Origin: Lama glama
Taxonomy: Eukaryota
NCBI GenBank assembly: GCA_028534125.1
Contig: CM052816.1
Location: 13,766,001 to 13,830,000 of the forward strand
Length of the DNA: 64,000 bases
Direction: 5' to 3'
Shown piece by piece: positions 61,471 through 64,000 of this stretch. The notes under the pieces were generated by a model. It was not told where the DNA came from and searched no databases. It worked only from the letters and a program-made list of their open reading frames with translations. Each line of letters begins with the position of its first letter. Within the stretch, counting starts at the first letter, position 1. Position numbers and translations under genes: made by a program.

Positions 61471-63339
61471 CATCAAGGGAAAAATTAGCTCATTTAAAAG
61501 GGGCCACTTGATCCCTTGTTCTCATCTGTTATTAGACTGGCTCAGCTTTGCTTTTCAGTAAAGGAAACTCAGCCGGCGGCAAGACATCTCCTAGGAGCTG
61601 GGGTCTGGGAGAGCTGGGGATAGCCACTCCCTGGACTGTGGGACGTGGAAAGGCCAGCTCTGGAGCCCCGTCCTGACCTGAGAGAGACACCCCCATGGGG
61701 TCCTCAGGAGCAGGAGGGGGGTGTGAGAGCCCCAGACACGGTGGGGAGCTGCTTTGGTGGGGAGACACCAGCCTCTACCCTGCCCTGTACTGAGGGCCCC
61801 CGGGCCAGCGGCCTCCCTTTGCAGGAGAAAAAACACAACACTGTCATTATTCCTAATTAGGCTCCTGTGAGTCAGCAACACTGGACTGTTTGGAAAACTC
61901 ACAAGGTGGTGTCAGAGAGACCAGACAAAGTGGCAAAGTCAAGGGTGGGTGAGAGGAGGGTATGGCCACACCCACGACCCTCTCAGTCCAGGGCTCTCTC
62001 TAATTCGGCCAGCATCTCCTCCACCATCAGACCCTGGGAAAGACAGCCTTTCAGCCACAGAGAGCAGCATTTTAGCCCTTCGTCATTAAAGGGAGACAGA
62101 ACTGTGACACTAGCATGGGAACACTAGTAGAAGGAACAGATTTCATTCCATGCATCTCCAGCCTGAGTCCCGAGCTCAACGGATGGTATTTTTATCAAAT
62201 ACTTTCTATTTCGTGACATGCTCTGCCAACTTTCTATTATTAGACACATCAGAGAAAACCCACATTTGCTTTCTCTTCCTTTGGGTTCCTCCCCCCTCCT
62301 CTGTGGGAAGACGTGGTAGTTCGGGTGGGAGCCCTGTCCCTTTAATAGTAGGTAAAGGACAAGGAGGAGGCAGCCATCTGGGAACTCACCTTGGTGCCAA
62401 AGCATCCTGGATCTGGGCTCTGCCTCCTTTGCAAATGACATCTCGTCCTGGCCTCACCCCCCAGCCCCCAGATGGCAGAGCTGATGGTTGAGGAAAACAT
62501 ACATATTTTAGAGTCTACAGCATTGTTTCTCCCCACCCCCACCTCCTGTGAAGGAGGATTTAGTCTTGGCCAGCTACGTTCCGGAGCCTTTCTTGTGGAG
62601 AATAGGGATTTGGAAGGGTGCAGTGCTGTGGGTCAGATGACACCGAAGAAAAGGCAGGGAATTACCTACTGGAGAAAGTGAAGGTGAGGGGGGCACAAGG
62701 GAGATAAGAGCCAGGGATGGGCTGCATTGGGGGGACTTTAAGAGATAAATTAAGGGGGACTGGAGTAGCTGCCAGGCTGCCATGACGAGAATTCGGGAGA
62801 GAGATGGGAGATTTTTTTCAGACGTGTTGTTGGTGTTATGATTGGAATCCATCCCCTGCCCCCCTTGGCATTTTTAAGAGATTTCAGTAAAGACATAAAT
62901 CGGTTTTAAAATTATTTTTTCTATGAGAGACTGGTATTTCTCCAAGGCAGCCTGGACCACTGGAGGCTCGCGTATAATGATGAAGGACAGCCACCCTTCA
63001 CCCCGCTTCTCCCATCAACACAGGCTGGAGTCCAGCTATTTCAAACTGGTGTCCAATAGGCTGAATTTGGACCCCAGATGGGTCTCGTTTGGCTCATTGA
63101 GAGTTAATTTTTTTTTTTAGCCACCGCTGAAAATTGAGATTTCACATCTAAAAAGCCTGCATTTCCTACTCCTCTTAAAAAAAATTGGAAAGTCTGGCAA
63201 CATGAGACTTTCATTTCCATCAAGCAAAAATAGCCCATGCCCTATGGTTGACCCCAGTGCCCACCACGCACATCAGGTGGGCAGGCGCACCGGGCCTGCT
63301 TCCTGCATTTCTGTTTCTTACCATCCGCTAACAGCAGAC

Positions 63340-64000
63340 TTGATCACTGAGACCTGTCTTCCTGCTGAGGACAATTAGAAAGACTGGACAAAATTAAGAT
63401 AAAATCAGTCTGAAGGCATCAACGAGTTAATGAGATAATGAAGAATCGCTAAACCAAGTTCTGGGGAAAGGTGGACATTCCGGGAGGCGAGCCCTATAAC
63501 TGGGGGCTCCTTTCCCCTTGAAATTCTTGCTGCTACAAGAAGAAACAGCTACGAAGCTGAGAGGTGACGCAGCACCTGGGCAGCTTTGCACATCTAAGGG
63601 GACAAAAGCTGAAATCCGCCAAAGGAGAGGGGCCCTGGAACAGAGACCCCGCAGGACTACACCTTAAGACGAGGCGAATTGGAAACAACCAGATTCTGCA
63701 GGGCCTGAACCCAGCTCCCAATCAGCTTAATTCTTCAAATGGGATTAAGCCTATCCCAGGTTGCCAGCATCCCCAGGTGCCCAGCAGAAGCAAATGAAAG
63801 TGTCCTCTGGAGGAGAACACCGTAATGTCTTGTGTCACTTCTCCTAGCAATTTTCCACGTACAACGTCCATCTGAAAAGACCCAGACGCGTAGGGAACTA
63901 AGACCACGTGAATGAGATCCCGCGGTCACAGCTACAATGGAAGCAACCCCAGAGAACTCCACCTTGGGAGTTACCCCACACAGATGTTGTTCAAAGGAGA
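63340..64000 (+). mobile_element. Probable ancient L1 5'-end fragment
   Basis: ACAATTAGAAAGACTGGACAAAAT...TCTGAAGGCA resembles old L1M 5' UTRs; recognised from memory only. Confidence 0.45.

Noticed and set aside
15300..64000. FGF1 coding exons expected from synteny
   Set aside because: No MAEGEITTF-like peptide is visible; the coding region presumably lies beyond the window.

Overview
This is mammalian genomic DNA, very likely camelid, judged from two tRNA-Ala(AGC)-derived Vic-1-like SINEs and cetartiodactyl-type L1 3' UTRs. The only protein-coding sequence I can support is coding exon 1 of ARHGAP26 (GRAF1) on the minus strand (14621-14468, 154 nt). It lies in a CpG-island promoter with paired CCAAT boxes and GC boxes. 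Bases 1-14467 are intron 1. Bases ~15.3-64 kb are upstream intergenic DNA (towards FGF1, if human synteny holds), dense in old repeats: L1, L2, MIR, MLT1, LTR16, an LTR37-like pair, MER5/20/33/58/102 and a decayed HERV16-like ERVL provirus. There are two assembly gaps. Nearly all listed ORFs are spurious. I see no convincing novel biological system. The best leads are a promoter-like module with an RFX X-box and a perfect splice donor at ~57 kb, a 47-bp locally templated insertion, a four-element nested transposon stack with readable TSDs, and a possible non-AUG N-terminal extension of ARHGAP26. Repeat family names come from recalled consensus sequences, not from a search, and repeat boundaries without TSDs are approximate.
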